The notes under the pieces: generated by a model
Told to the model about the DNA's origin: nothing
What the model saw: only the letters and a program-made list of their open reading frames with translations
Database searches by the model: none
Assembly (NCBI RefSeq): GCF_036365525.1
Contig: NC_090376.1
Coordinates: forward strand, 121,495,388 to 121,559,387
Direction of reading: 5' to 3'
DNA length: 64,000 bases
From: Heterodontus francisci
Taxonomy: Eukaryota
Shown here: positions 1-13,199 of the stretch, piece by piece
How the letters are laid out: every line of letters starts with the position of its first letter
Numbering within the stretch: the stretch's first letter is position 1
Program-made: the position numbers and the translations under genes

Positions 1-302
1 GATGAAACAGAATTGGTTACGAAAAAGGAGAAACAACCATGGTACCTCCTTAATTGTCTAACAGCTATAAAGCAGAGACAGCATGAAAGGAACCTCCAGC
101 CACGTGAAAGCCATTAAGTGCATAACCAGCAATAGCTCAAATATTTATATAAGGATTACACTACAAAATCAGGACTTGCAATACCTCTAAGCTGGCTGAT
201 AACATTGTAAATCATAGGTTAAATCTTAAATAACTTAAAAACTTCAAACCTAAATGTACACTCCCAATCCCAATGACAAATATAACTTTTAATATCCCAT
301 TA

Positions 303-752
303 AAGAAAAAGACCTGCATTTATATCACGCCTTCACAATCTCAGGTTGCCCCAAAACACTTTATAACTTTTGAAGTGTCGTCACTAATGTAACGTAGGAA
401 ACGCAGCAGCCAATTTGTGCATGACAGGGTCCCACAACCAACAATGTGATAACGATCAGATAATCAACATCATTAAAAACAGACTGAGGGATAAATATTG
501 GCGAGCACATCAGAAGAACTTCCCTGCTCTTCTCCCGGATAGTGCCACGAGATCTTTTACGTGCACCTGCAAGGGCAGATCGGGCCTCGGTTTTCACGAT
601 TCATCAGAAAGATGGCACCTCCAGCAGTGCAGCACTCCCTCAGTACTGCACTGGGAGTGTCTGTCTGGATTTTTGTGCTCCAGTCTTTGGAGTGGGTCTT
701 GAACCCACAACCTTCTAAGGCAAGCTTGCTACCTACTGAGGCACAGCTGACA
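303..752 (-). mobile_element. SINE of the same Deu-like family
   Basis: Reverse-complement match to 4938-5380. Confidence 0.8.
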
Positions 753-1771
753 ATGTAGTATATGCATCTGTTCCGCCAAGTGACCGTCTGGGCAGGTTGG
801 AATCATTATTTTGTACACCGTAAAAGGAATGCTGAGAGAGTGATTACAGGAGGAGGTATGACAGTTTTTAAACTTCTATTATTTCTTTCTTTCTTATGCT
901 TTGTTAAGATCCTTGATAAACCTGTTAAAGCTTTTAAGAATTTAATTATACTCTGCCATTCCATAAAGTCATGGCTGATCTTCTACCTCAACTCCACTTT
1001 CCCACCCTATCTCCATACCCCTTGATTCCCTTAAGGTCCAAAAATCTATCCACCTCAGTCTTGAATATACACAACTGAGCATCCAAGATCTCTGAGACAG
1101 AGAGTTCCAAAAATTCACAATCCTGAGTGAAGAAATAAATGCAAGATTAATTTCCAGGACAGTGCTGTGAGTAACCTTAGAGAAAAGTCATAGGGGAATG
1201 ACCAAAAATTATGTTCTTTTTCCCCCCCATTTTCTTTATAACTTATCAACAAGTGTTCAAAAAAAATTTCTTTCATTAGTTATAAAGATATCAGAGACGG
1301 CAGTGGGAAGCTCTTTGATCAATGTGTAATGAAGAGTCTGTTTGCTTTCTGATTGCTACAGGACGGTGGTGGCACTGCGAGATGGACGTGTCGGGCACCC
1401 ACTGGCAGGAAGGTGGGGATTGGCGCCGGGTGCAAGTCCTCCAGGAGGTCCCACAATGTGTCAAACCAGAATTGACAATTCTAGGGGCCTTCAAAAAATG
1501 GGTAGGCAGTGCACAGAGGCTGCAGGTAACCCCTTGAGCAACACCGTCTGAGCAGAATTGAAAAAATAGTAATTTTCAGCTGCCAGTTCCCATAGTACAA
1601 TCTTGTGCAGCTGGAACAAAATAAATCGACAGAACTTTGGAAGCCTCGATCTCGGGAACGCTTTTTTTAAGCGGAGTCTTTCTCACTCTTCTAGTCTTTT
1701 TGAGGCTGGTTAAACATGCTACAGCTTGAATTTTAGCAATGATATCACCAACATGACACAGTTCTTCTCTT

Positions 1772-2140
1772 AGACTTGAGCATAAAATCCAGGCCGACAC
1801 TCCCAATGCAGTTCTGTGGGAGTGCTGCACTGTTGCAGGTGAACTCTTTTGGAAGAGATGTTAAAACAAGGCCCCATCTGCCCCCTGAGGTGCATATAAA
1901 ATGTCCCATGTAATGATTTCAAAGGGGAAGGGGAGCTGTCCCCAATGTCCTGTCTTATATTTATCCCTCAACTATCACTAAAACAGGTTATCTGGTCATT
2001 ATCACATTGCTCTGCGCAAATTTGACTGCTGCATTTCCTACAGAGTCTACACTCCAACAAAGATACTTTGTTGACTACAGAGCACTTTGGGACAGATTGA
2101 GGTCGTGAAAGGCACTGTGTAAGTGTAAATCTTTCCTTTT
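1772..2140 (+). mobile_element. SINE of the same Deu-like family (head missing)
   Basis: Matches the body and tail of 4938-5380. Confidence 0.78.
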
Positions 2141-3049
2141 CTTTATCAATATGGTGAAGTCAATGCTTAGCACATAATGTCCTGGCCAGTTTATGTATGT
2201 AGAGAAAGGCATAGTTTCCACAGTGCAGTTGGCTTACAGGACAACAAGCTGCATGTTACAAAGGTAAGTGTGGGAGTCATCTCATTCTCTAAACTTTGAA
2301 CTGCGATACAAAAACCACTTCCTGAACGGTTTAATATTAATGCATTCATGAGTGGACAGTGACACGAATGACCCCCGTTTATAAACTTAATTGCTGTACT
2401 CCCAAGCGGGTACTCCAAGTTCTTCTCACATGATAATATCATCAGAGACCAGTTCATTATGTTGTTCAAGTCATTATTGAGATTTCACCTAGATTTGAAA
2501 ATATTGAGCTGTCTATGCACCTTGATTTTAAGTAACTGGCCACAAGTTGAGTTCTTAAGCTCAATTTTTAGTGCAAGTTATAATCAGAATATGCTCAATC
2601 TGGATGTTTTGACAGAGAAAAGAGTAGAATGCGATTTTGCTTCATTGCCCTACCAATTTCAATTGTAGGAATAGCTGAACTGTTAGCAGGAAGGATATAG
2701 TATCTCTAGGTTTCCTTAATGCCTAATACTTCACAAAATTCAAGTGCACAGCCCTTTGTTGAATTTTGTTCTATTTTTACTTTTGAAAGGGGAAAATTGA
2801 CCTTTGTAAAAATATGTATTTTCGTAACGTTTTACTAGTTTTTGAAAAAGTCTGAACTGAAGAAACAGAATAAAATGACACACTGTGGACCCCACATATG
2901 GTTAGTGAAGTGTACAAAAAAAATACTCTCATTAAAAATATCTCAGAAATATTTTTAAATGTATTTGCTCAAGAAGGTAGACTTAAAATTACAGGATGCC
3001 ACAAAGCTGGCTCCATTCAGAGCAGCAAAATAGGGAAATATGTTGCTGC

Positions 3050-3238
3050 TCCTTCATTGTCACTGGGTCAAAATCCTGGAACGTCTTTCCTAACAGCACT
3101 GTACATGTACCTACGCCACATGGACTGCAGTGGTTCAAGGTGGCAGCTCAACATCACCTTCTCAAGGGCAATTAGGGATGGCCAATAAATGCTAACCTTG
3201 CCAGCAACACCCACATCCCATGAATAAATGGGAAAAAA
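3050..3238 (+). mobile_element. LINE (L2/CR1 group) 3' end
   Basis: SF...GSKSWN.FP-like remnant, then CACCTTCTCAAGGGCAATTAGGGATGG..AATAAATGCT and an A-rich tail. Confidence 0.6.
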
Positions 3239-4937
3239 GCGAGGTTAAAATATTGCTCCAGTATTATTTCTCAAATTTTATACAAATCACCAGCATTTTT
3301 GATTCCAAGTCATTTAGTTCTAGAAATAAACAATTCAAAGCCAGTTGTTTGTAATATTGTTGGTATCACAGGAAAAGGCATTCGCTATTCAACTCAAGCA
3401 TGCTCTGCCATTGTTAGATCATGGCTGATCTGTACCACCAAACCAATACCCATGAGTTATAGGATTTGTCTCCTTCCAGAGAAAGAAAGGAACTCTTATT
3501 TCTATAGCACCTTTCATGACCACAGGACATCCTAAAGTGCTTTAAGTATTAAGTACTTCTGAAGCACAGCCACTGCTGTAATGTAGGAAATAAGATCTTT
3601 CCTACTCGCGTGTAAAATTCAGCTAATTTTCCACTTGAGCACCACAAAAATCTGACCTTCAAAGGATGCATAAAAGTATCAACATTTTAATTTTAATCAT
3701 TGGGGTTTGCTGACCTCAGCTGGCATGGAAGCAGAGAGCCAAAGTTGGCTTTAGTATCCCTGGAACAGGGAAGGAGAAAGAAAAAAAAAAATCCAGGATT
3801 TTCTTTTCAGATCATCATCCTGTGATTGTGGTTGGAAAATATATACGTGTGGAGTCATTGCTGAAGACAGGATCAGCTGTTGACAATCTCCTACCAACCT
3901 GATGAATAACCTGCTGAAAACCCATTTAAGGTAGGGCGCCCAGAGATCTGCTGGCACCCATGTGCAATGGCACTCACCATCTTACCGCATGAAATAGTGT
4001 CAATTCAGAAAATTTGAAAACAAGATTCAATTTACTGCTGTCTACTCCTGACCATCATTGATAAGTGAATTGCTAACAACCAAAATTGTCATTAAAGAAT
4101 GCAGTGTTTCGCCTCCAGTTCCGATCCATGAAATTTTAAGTTCGTAATTTCAATTTTTGAATTGTTGCCGTTGGTGTAGCTTTGATGTGCAATTCATATC
4201 ATCTTTTTCTTCAAAAATAAAAACCCTACAAGAAAATGTGCAGTCTTGGTCATATGATAGGAAAAGGCCAATATGTTGAAAAATTTTAATGCTGAAAAAT
4301 TATGTGTTGTGTTTCACTGATATACTTGCTCTCCTTTGTTATAATGAAGTAGCTGACATACTGTGATGAAGTAATTTAATGATAAACCATCATACAGACG
4401 TTTTCAATTGAAAATCAGAATGCTGGTCCAAAACAGTGGTAAAATATGTACAGAACCTACAGGGATAGAGGTCAATTTATTGCAGTAATAATTTAGAAAA
4501 CCTAAAGTAAATTGAAGTTTTTTTTAAAATTAGCAATTAAAAGAATTGTGTTTGATTACTTGAGCGTAATGTCATGAAGTGAACTTCATTATAACTAGTT
4601 TTACAAGCATGTTAGAAATGTAATATTAAAATGATTCATATTAAGTTATGTTTGGAAGCAAAAGTTTTTTTTGTATTATAAAGTGATCTACACTCTTAGC
4701 CTTAAAAAGAAAAGGGTAGGTAATACAAAGTATTACACTTATGTAATATGAAAAAAACCATCAATTTGATTAGTTTCAGTAACTACTATCTGTTAAGTGA
4801 ACCACACTGATATATTTGACTGGTCAGAAAATCTACCAACAATTGCCACTGAGCTTAAAATACGCACATAATTTCCTCTTTAAGTAGATACTCACTTGTC
4901 TTTTGAAAGTTACTATTGAATTTGCTTGCACTACCCA

Positions 4938-5380
4938 GACTGTGGCTCAGTGAGTAGCATTCTCACTTCTAGGTCAGAAGTTTGTGGGTTCAAGTCCCAC
5001 TCCAGGGACAAAAACCTAGGCTAACAGTCCAGGACAGTGCTGATTGAGTGTTACATTGTTGGAGATGTTGTCTTTCAGATGAGGCACTAAACTGAGGCCC
5101 CGTTAGTCCTCTCAGGTAAACATCCCATGGCACTATTTCGAAGAACAGCAGGGGGAGTTAACCCAAGTGTCCAGGCCAATATATATCCCTCAATCAACAT
5201 AACTAAAACTGACTATCTGGTTATTACCATATTGTTGTTTGCGGGATCTTGCTGAAAGCAAATTGGCTCCTGTGTTTCCTACATTACAACTGTAACTGCT
5301 CTTCCAAAAGTACTTCATTAGCTGTAAAATACTTTGGGGCATCGTGAAAGGTGCTATATAAATGCAAAGCAGTCTTTCTT
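4938..5380 (+). mobile_element. tRNA-derived SINE with Deu-domain-like core (SacSINE1/DeuSINE-like); representative near-full-length copy
   Basis: A box TGGCTCAGTG, B box GGTTCAAGTCC, core TCTTTCAGATGAG...ATCCCATGGCACTATTT, tail GCTATATAAATGCAAAGCAGTCTTTCTTT. Family name assigned from memory. Confidence 0.75.
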
Positions 5381-5496
5381 TCTCTCTCATTTCACATTCC
5401 ACATTCAGTTTTTGTCCTTCACACTGTAAAGCACTAACATCTTTCACATCACAAAGGAGAATATCAGGAGTAACATTTTTTAAAGCTATATTGACA

Positions 5497-6272
5497 CTTT
5501 GGATGGGATTTTATGGGTCCCCGATCGGAGACAGGGGAGCATGGAGTATCGCGACGGATGGCGGGGGCAGAGGGCCCATCGCCTCCCCATCACCAAGCGA
5601 TCTTCCCTGGGGTGGGATAGGATGACGACGGCCTTCCACTCAGAGGCCAATTGAGGCTTTTTAATTGGCCTATTAACGGCCAATTAATAGCCTCTTCCCA
5701 CCACCGCTGGGATCTTACCAGCAACGGGGAGGGGGTGGCCTCCGCCAAACAGGGAGGTTGCCTTGTAACACGAGGCCCACTCCCTGTGGCCTTTAGGGGG
5801 TGCAGTCCCTCTTTCATGTGCAATTTGTGGCCCATGGAGGACCCCCACCAAGAACCAGTGTACTCCCCGGGACCCCCTGGACTGCACGACCACCTCCTCA
5901 CCCACCACTCCTCACCCACCACCCCACCCCCTTGCTGGGGCCTTCCAGACTGGTCCCAGCAACCCTTCCTCACCTACCTCTTGTCCAGGGTTCCATCACT
6001 GGACCTGGGTCCGAGGCCTCTGCAGTACCGTTCCCGGTGGTGCTGCCGATACTGCTGAGCTGCCAGCCCTCCCTGATTGGCTGGCAGCTCATGGAGGCAT
6101 CATTCCCGCCTTTAAAGGGACGGGGACCCCTTCCCGTGAAACATAAGGCTTAAAAAGACCGGAGGATTGCTCCGGGGTGGGGTGGTGGGCAGGAAAAGAC
6201 CAAGGCAGGGCTCCCCCCTGCCTTTTCAGCCCGACGCCTGGAGCCCCACCTCCTACACAAAATCCAGGCTTT
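5497..6272. mobile_element. GC-rich non-autonomous element (MITE-like)
   Basis: Abrupt GC/CpG-rich insert with degenerate inverted ends (GGATTTT ... AAAATCC) and internal palindromes; its ORFs carry no recognisable motifs. Confidence 0.5.
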
Positions 6273-6495
6273 TAGCTCAAAAGGGCTTTCTAATATGTAG
6301 CAAAGTTACAAGTAGTTTCTAACTTTGTTAAGCAGTTTTTCACAAACAGGACTTCTTTTGGAACTGATTCTAATTAAAAGGCAATTTCTGCAAAATTAAT
6401 TGTGCAGTGCATTTAAAAGAAAATCAACTCATTTATGAATCTAACATACAAAGTAAAAAGAGGATTAAGTTGTAGAGTGATAATTAGTTACTTAC

Positions 6496-6564
6496 AGCAT
6501 TGGAGTCCACATCGCTGTGAATTGCAACTGTTTTTATGCCCATCTTCTTACAAGTCTTAATGAT
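6496..6564 (-). CDS. PCCA: PCCA coding exon 4 (IIKTCKKMGIKTVAIHSDVDSNA); gene continues beyond the left edge of the window
   Basis: Biotin carboxylase motif continuing exon 3; ttctgtAG acceptor and GTAAGT donor; 69 nt. I found no exon 5 (VHVKMADEA...) in 1-6495. Confidence 0.95.
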
Positions 6565-6614
6565 CTACAGAAGTAACACAAATATTCATAAGCCAGTCAC
6601 TTATTTGTTAATAT

Positions 6615-6895
6615 AAAAGCAAAATACTGCGGATGCTGGAAATCTGAAATAAAAACAAGAAATGCTGGAACCACTCAGCAGGTCTGGCAGCATCTGTGGA
6701 AAGAGAAGCAGAGTTAACATTTCGGGTCAGTGACCCTTCATCGGAACTGACAAATATTAGAAAAGTCACAGGTTATAAGCAAGTGAGGTGGGGGTGGGGC
6801 AAGAGATAACAAAGGAGGTCTAGATTGGACCAGGCCGCATAGCTGACCAAAAGGTCACGGAGCAAAGGCAAATAATATGTTAATGGTGTGTTGAA
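6615..6895 (-). mobile_element. Short 3' fragment of the same Penelope-like family
   Basis: Near-identical to 26477-26762; perfect 17-bp TSD CACTTATTTGTTAATAT at 6598-6614 and 6896-6912. Confidence 0.88.
6712..6748 (-). ncRNA. Minimal type I hammerhead ribozyme motif, core-mutated copy
   Basis: Minus strand AGUU-CCGAUGA-A-GGGUC-ACU-GACCC-GAAAU-GUU-AACU: perfect helices I and II, U4>C in the core, C>U in helix III. Confidence 0.65.
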
Positions 6896-7787
6896 CACTT
6901 ATTTGTTAATATCTTTTCAACAGAATTTTGCAAAGCTGTTTGCATCTATTGAACATTCCCTCCCTTTATTTTTATCCGATGGCTCCTCGCAACACCAAAA
7001 CAACTGGATGACAACATTCATAATCAGATAAGAGGAAAAATATCAGACTCCTGATATAGCGTACCAGGCCACCAATTCCCATTGTCAGAGCAGCAAGGAA
7101 TGCAGGATTATTGCCGCATTGCTGGCTGCCAACTCCTCTAAGTCTTTATGCCACCCCGAGTCAATGATTTAAGGACAGAAAAAGGAGAAAATTAGGGAGG
7201 GGTGAACAAAGCATACAAAAGGCAAAATCTTGCATTTAAATCATAAAATCATACAGCACAGAAGGAGGCCATTTAGCCCATTGTGCCTGTGCTGGCTCTT
7301 AGAAAGAGTTAGCCAATTAGTCCCAGACCCCTGCTCTTTCCCTGTAGCTCTGCAAATTTCGAAGTTTTTTTAATGTATTTATCCAATTCCCTTTTGAGAA
7401 TTACTACTGAATCTCCCTTTCAGGCAGTGCATTCCAAATCATCATAACCCGCTGAGTAAAAAAATAATCAGGTATTATTAACAACAATGAATAAGGAAAA
7501 ATTAATTAGCTCCTTTATATTAATTAAAATGCAGTGATGAAAATTGGGTCATCTACCTATACATTTTATTGCAGTTTAAAGACTTAATTAATATAAGAAA
7601 TTAGTTTTCAAAAAGTACTATGCAGCTGATATTCAAACAATAAAGTTCCAGTAATGTTAGCCATCTCCCATGGCATTGCTCAAACAGGAAAATCTCTCTT
7701 TCTCTTTCCATGTCATTGTCTCCATCCTTGTCATCCATTCTTTAATTGGAGGGTTTATTGCCCAGACATGCGAGTGATTTTGAGGAA

Positions 7788-8164
7788 ATGTCTGGAAGAG
7801 GAAAGACCAGAGATAAAGCTGGAGCCAAGGCCAAGCTACGCTCAAGCCAGACAGGACTGCAGTTCGGTCAGCCATATTTACAGGTTCCTGGGAAAGGGGA
7901 ACTATGCTAAGAGTGTGGGAGCCGAAACCCTGGTCGATCTGAGCACTGTGCTCGAGTACCTTGACGGCTGAAATCCTGCAGCTGGTCAACAACACAGCCT
8001 GTGACATCAAGAGGACCTGCATCACCAGCAGCTATCTCCAGCCGGTCATCACCAACAAGGAGAAGTGCAACACGTTGCCGGGGTGGCTCACCATCGCTCA
8101 GGGCAGAGTGCTGCCTAATATCCAGAACAAAAAAAAAAAGAGCAAAAAGAGCAGCCAAGACTGA
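7788..8164 (+). pseudogene. Decayed, intronless histone H2A pseudogene, antisense within PCCA intron 3
   Basis: MSGRGKTRDKAGAKAKLRSSQTGLQF / frameshift / VSHIYRFLGKGNYAKSVGA..VLEYL / frameshift / TAEILQL..TIAQGRVLPNIQ is collinear with H2A, with two frameshifts and many substitutions. Confidence 0.92.
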
Positions 8165-8545
8165 ATCTAATAATCAAAGGCTACTTGGGGGCAAAAATGA
8201 GGCACTGAGCTCCCTTTGTGAATGCGTCAGGGCTAGTAAACAGTGCAGTGCAAACACCATCAAAAGGATCCAGGCTTGAGGCAGTAAGCACAATACCAGC
8301 CCAAGCCTCCCAGAAAGAGGGGTTAGCTGCTTATGCAGGAAAAAATTATTGGGAGCTAAGGGCAAGTTTGAAAAGTGTTGCGTGTTTTTTCCCCAAAACT
8401 GTTTTTTTTTTAAAAAAGATATATAGTGAGACGTGTGGGAAAAAGAGAAAGGATAATCAAATGACTTAGGGAAAAATACTGTAAGGATGTGATTTGTCTC
8501 CTCTTATCTGAATGGAAATTTTTTGAGAAGTAAAAATATGTATTT

Positions 8546-8805
8546 ATCATCGTCGTCCATCCCTCGATTCGAGGATGACGTCTACTCAAGGTCACTAGTT
8601 TTTGCCATGGGTCTTCAGGTGACTGAACAGGCCGATTCCCGACCCGCCAATTTTTAGGCACATGGGGTAGGACGTCCCACGAGGTAATGGAATCCGGAGT
8701 TCAGGATTTGCTTCCTTTTCTTTCCTTCTCTGCCGCTGCTCTGCCTCCTCATTAAGGCGTTTGGACTCAAAGCAAGACACAGTTCGATGAACAAGCTGTC
8801 GCATT
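8546..8805 (-). mobile_element. 3' end of a second RTE-like LINE family
   Basis: Translation ...FESKRLNEEAEQRQRRKEK...KIGGSGIGLFSHLKTH* resembles the RTE C-terminus; short (GAT/GAC)n tail. Confidence 0.65.
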
Positions 8806-11800
8806 TCTAGCGCCTTTAAAATAGTAAACATGTCACAAGCCACTTCACAGGAGCGTTATCAAATAAAATTTGACACCAAGCCACACAAGGCGATATTAGG
8901 ACACCTGGTCAAAGAAGTAGGTTTTAAGGAGTCTTAAAGGAGGAAAGCGAGGTAGAGGGGTGGAGAGGTTTAGGGAGTGAATTCCAGAGCTTAGGGCCAA
9001 GACAGCAGAAGGAACAACCTCCAATGGTGCAGCGATGAAAATCGGGATCTACAAGATGCCAGAATTGGAGGAGCGCAGAGATCTTGTAGAGCTAGAGGAG
9101 GTTGTAGAGATAGAGAGGGGCGAGGCCTCAGAGCGATTTGAAAACAAGGACAAGAATTTTTAAATCGAGCTGGTGCTGGATCGGTAGCCAATGCAGGTCA
9201 GCAATCATAGCAGTGATGGGTTTATATGATGTTCCAAGGCAGTTAACAGGTCAGCGAAATGAAAGTCAGGTGCCAAGCCATAAAGGTCTGCAAACATTTG
9301 TTTCCTCAACCAGCTAGCAACTGAACAGACTGCTATGGTGCACAAAGTGTTAACCTGGAGTCAAATATTAGAACCATTTTCACGCAGTTCTCCCAACCAA
9401 TTCTTTATTGCCACTGCTCTTTCAGCATTATCGCTAATCTTTGATATTCTTCTATTTATTATCTGTTCAGTTTAGGACGTCATCCAGTTTAGTTTAACTC
9501 AGATTCACAGTGGTACATAAACTAGACAATAAAACAGAAGAACATTCAGAACTTTGAACATTTTAACGATTTTTATTTTAACCATTACTCTGCCAAAAGT
9601 CTGAAAACTCCATTTGAACATGCAGTAGACACTTGCAAGTTGCAAACTGAGTTAACTATGAAATTAATAAAATTCTAAGTATGTCATGTGGCTGAAGAGT
9701 ATGGCTAAGCCTTCAATTGCATGCTCATCTTTTTTCTAAAACTACCTTCAACTTTTTTTTAAAACCGTACTAAAAAAATTGAAAATATCACATGAAAAAA
9801 AAGAGTTCAATTTGAGAACATGATATAACTATTTTTTTTGCTTCTTTCTGTAGCCTTCCAAGACGACTACTGGCCAAGACCAGAGAAAGTCTAGTTCCAC
9901 TGGGCTGGCTAGTTTCATAAGTTTACAGTAACGCAGAACAAGATCAGTATTGTGCAATTTGTACCTGGCAGATGCGAGTCACCAATGCGCCCAACATTGA
10001 CTTCATTCACAAAAATATCATATGTTTGTACTGGGTATTTTAAAAAGCATGGCTTTGCACCAGGCTAGAAACTCAAATGGAATGTGTCAACCACTAGAGA
10101 TGTTCTCCTATTTCAAAGTCTCAGAATGCTTGGGAATCAAATTGAGACCCAACTCCCAAGTTACATTGCCATTTTTGTATTGGCATGCATTGGAAACCAC
10201 TTCAAATTAGAATAAAGATGGTAGGGTGATCGCAGTTAAAACCAGCATTCTTACAGTAATCTTCATTGGTCCAGCATTCACAGAACTCTGTTCTCCAGAT
10301 TTCATTTAAGGCAGGACCTAGGAACAGAAGTAGGCCATTTAGCCCCTCGAGCCTGTTCTGCCATTCACTGAGATCATTCGGCCTTGAACCCTTGGTTTCA
10401 GACTGTACATGGTTGCTCTTTATTGACTCGAGTATTACAGAGTTATGGCTTGCAGGTTATGAACGTTGTTGGCTAATTCAGATCCTTTTTTTCTATTTTG
10501 TTTTAACTTTGAGCCAAGCAAAGGGAAACTCTGAACTAAACTGTAATAATTTTCTTGGCATCCATAAAGCATTCCAGACCTTGCGGTGCCCACCCATAGT
10601 GGAAGGACGTAAGCGTACCAGCAGACATCATGCATTCCTTCTCCAAGGTTGCCCGGGCACAGACACGACTGCGGAGGAGAGGCAGGGGGCTAGAACAATC
10701 TGCCTCCTGGGCAGCATCATCCTGGAAATAATCCTGATTTTATTGACAATCTCTGCTGCAGTTTTGGTTAAGAGTTCTGTTTGTTATAGTTTGTAGAGAC
10801 TCCAAGTAAATAGATTCTGTTTGCTGCAAAATATTCTGCTGTAAAATAGAAAGTTTGCCATAATAACATAAAAATAGGAGCTGGAGTCGGCCATTTGGTC
10901 CTTCAAGCCTGCCCCACCATTCAAGATGATCGTGGATGACCTTCTGTCACAATTCCACCTTCCCGCACTATCCCTCAATTCCCTTCATTCCCAAAAATAT
11001 ACCGACCCTTGTCTTGAATATACTCAAGTATATAAGTCCCGCCCCTCCAATTCATTTCTGAGAGTTGTTCAATACTCATTTCTATATATCCACATGTTTT
11101 CTCATTGTATCAGTATTTATGTCTAGTTGTTATTCTCATTCTTTGCCTTTCCTTCCCTCTTCTCTCTTTATGCCTCATGTGTCTTTTACTCCACTCTCTC
11201 AATTTTCAGTGTTATATTTATGATTCCTGTTTTGTATTCCTCACATACATTCTCTCAACCAGTTTCTCTTGTTCCCCTCAACATCGCAAAGTCCTTGAGC
11301 TAGACTTGGGCTCCGACTCATTGTTACTCATTAATTATATTGTCTCTCCCTGGAAGCAGAGGGTGGAAGCAGGGGAGAAGAGTGACAACGTACATCATTG
11401 ATCAAGGTTTGCTTGCATGTTTAACCTTCAAGCCATAGTATTCCAACCCTAACCAAAACCTCCCGAATCCCTTCTAACCCAGAGAAGAATGTGCAGGGAG
11501 GGCAGAGCTGAATGGCAGTAAGCTGCAATGCCAGAAGGGAGCAAGCAAGAGGGCTAACCCTGGGAGAATACCTGCAAGGAGGCTGAGGTATGCCTGGCAT
11601 CTAGTGGTGGTAATGAAGTTTGAGGCTGGCACGCAAGACAAAGTGGGCCCTTTCCATGCCCAAATAAGTAGTGAAACCCAGTATAATCAAACACATACCG
11701 CTTAATAAAAGACCATTCGGCCCATTAAGTCCACAAGCCAGTTCCTCCGTGAGCAACCTAGGTTAATCCCACTCTCCTGGCAGCTCGCCACAAACCCTTT

Positions 11801-12697
11801 AATATTCCATTTTTTCAAGCAACTATTCAATTCCCCTTCAAAGCAATTTATCAGCTCCACTTTCACAGTGGTTGTCACCCCAGCTAAGTAAGTGACAAAG
11901 ATCCCCAAGATTCACATGCCAATGTCCAAGGTTGACCTCATTGAGTGACGTGTCCTAAACTTGACCAGGTTGTTCTTTAGCTTCCTCACCAATTTCTCTC
12001 CAAGAACTTTTCTCTGGCCCCTGCTCGAAGGTTCCAACTCCTTGCTGGAGCTTAGTTACATGGATACCACACACCTCCATCACCACATCAAAGTAGCCCA
12101 TTGCTCAGAGTGTGTTGGCAGACTATTCAAACATACAGAGGAACATCACAGATAAACTGGACCTTATCTTCGCGCAATGTCCGGAAGCATGCACCTCGAG
12201 CAGAAATTGGATAAGAAACCCTGACAAATTTTGGCCCTTCCAAGTCCAGTGCCACTGAGCCCAATTGCAGCAACCCTTCTAATGCATTGGTATGGATCAG
12301 CTACCTTAACAGACCGGGGTCAAACCTGGAATCGTCACTGTCTGCATAACTCAGCTATTCACTAGATAAAGTGACAGTCATCAGCAGAGCTAAGTAGCTC
12401 AATCTCCACTAAGTTCCTCAACATCCAAATGAGAAAAGTCTGTCAGCTGGCACCCAGAAATAAACTCAGCTGCAGTGAACTAACTAATGAAGTTATGAGT
12501 AGAACAAAAACAAATTATCAGCAGTCCCTTGCTATCGTACAAGACCACCAAGAAATGGCCACAGGATTATACATTATCTGCACTTTGAAATAAAACAGAT
12601 TATAATTTTATTACAAAACAAGATGCTCATGAGAACTGATAGATTTTGGTAACTCCCTTCAATTGGATAAGCCTGTGATAATTTATACAGAGCCAAT

Positions 12698-12730
12698 TCG
12701 AGATAAGGAGGCCCAAAAGAAAAGAAAAGA
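12698..12730 (+). mobile_element. Extremely truncated RTE 3' terminus
   Basis: TCGAGATAAGGAGGCCCAAA plus an A/G-rich tail, identical to the end of 27142-27893. Confidence 0.7.
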
Positions 12731-13199
12731 ATTGTAGCTTTGGTCTCTTTAATCTCAATTATATAACACACAGAAGTAGATTGAAGATTTTGCCTTCTCC
12801 CAAAATTTTGCTTTTGCCTTGATGCCCAAAAATAAGGAGTACATTCCTGCGTTGTATACACTGCTGGTGCAAGCCTCACCCAGCCCAGGAACGCACGTTA
12901 CAAAATAGGATGCGCACCATGGTTTTTTGTGCAGCAAAATTAACGGATGGAAAATCCTTGACTGCGCGTTTCCCAATGTGCAATCCCAGCAGACCAGAAA
13001 AATGCACCCTTCAGAATTAAACTTGGAAAAAAGAAGTTGTGCTTTCAATCTTAAAAGATAAAAGTACACAATTAACATGAAAGTATATTTAAGTATGTTT
13101 TGCACAAAGAACTCCCATTTTGGTAGAAAATGACAACTTTACTGTAAATTCAAGACCTTTTTTTTTTTAAATTGTTTATTTAATTGCCAATATGGTTCC

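Noticed and set aside
1290-1560. GC-richer patch with short ORFs (a similar patch lies at 10560-10760)
   Set aside because: No recognisable protein motif or splice structure; probably an old repeat fragment that I cannot classify.
4866-4935. Possible PCCA exon 5 next to a minus-strand GTGAGT donor-like site
   Set aside because: The translation does not match VHVKMADEAV; the sequence resembles a CR1 3'-end remnant.
4938-5010. tRNA genes suggested by A/B boxes (also near 13210 and 13800)
   Set aside because: The boxes are SINE heads continuing into SINE bodies; no complete cloverleaf.
5590-6153. Several 75-135 aa ORFs and a CpG-island-like composition
   Set aside because: They lie within a GC-rich MITE-like insert; no domain similarity, splice signals or promoter context.
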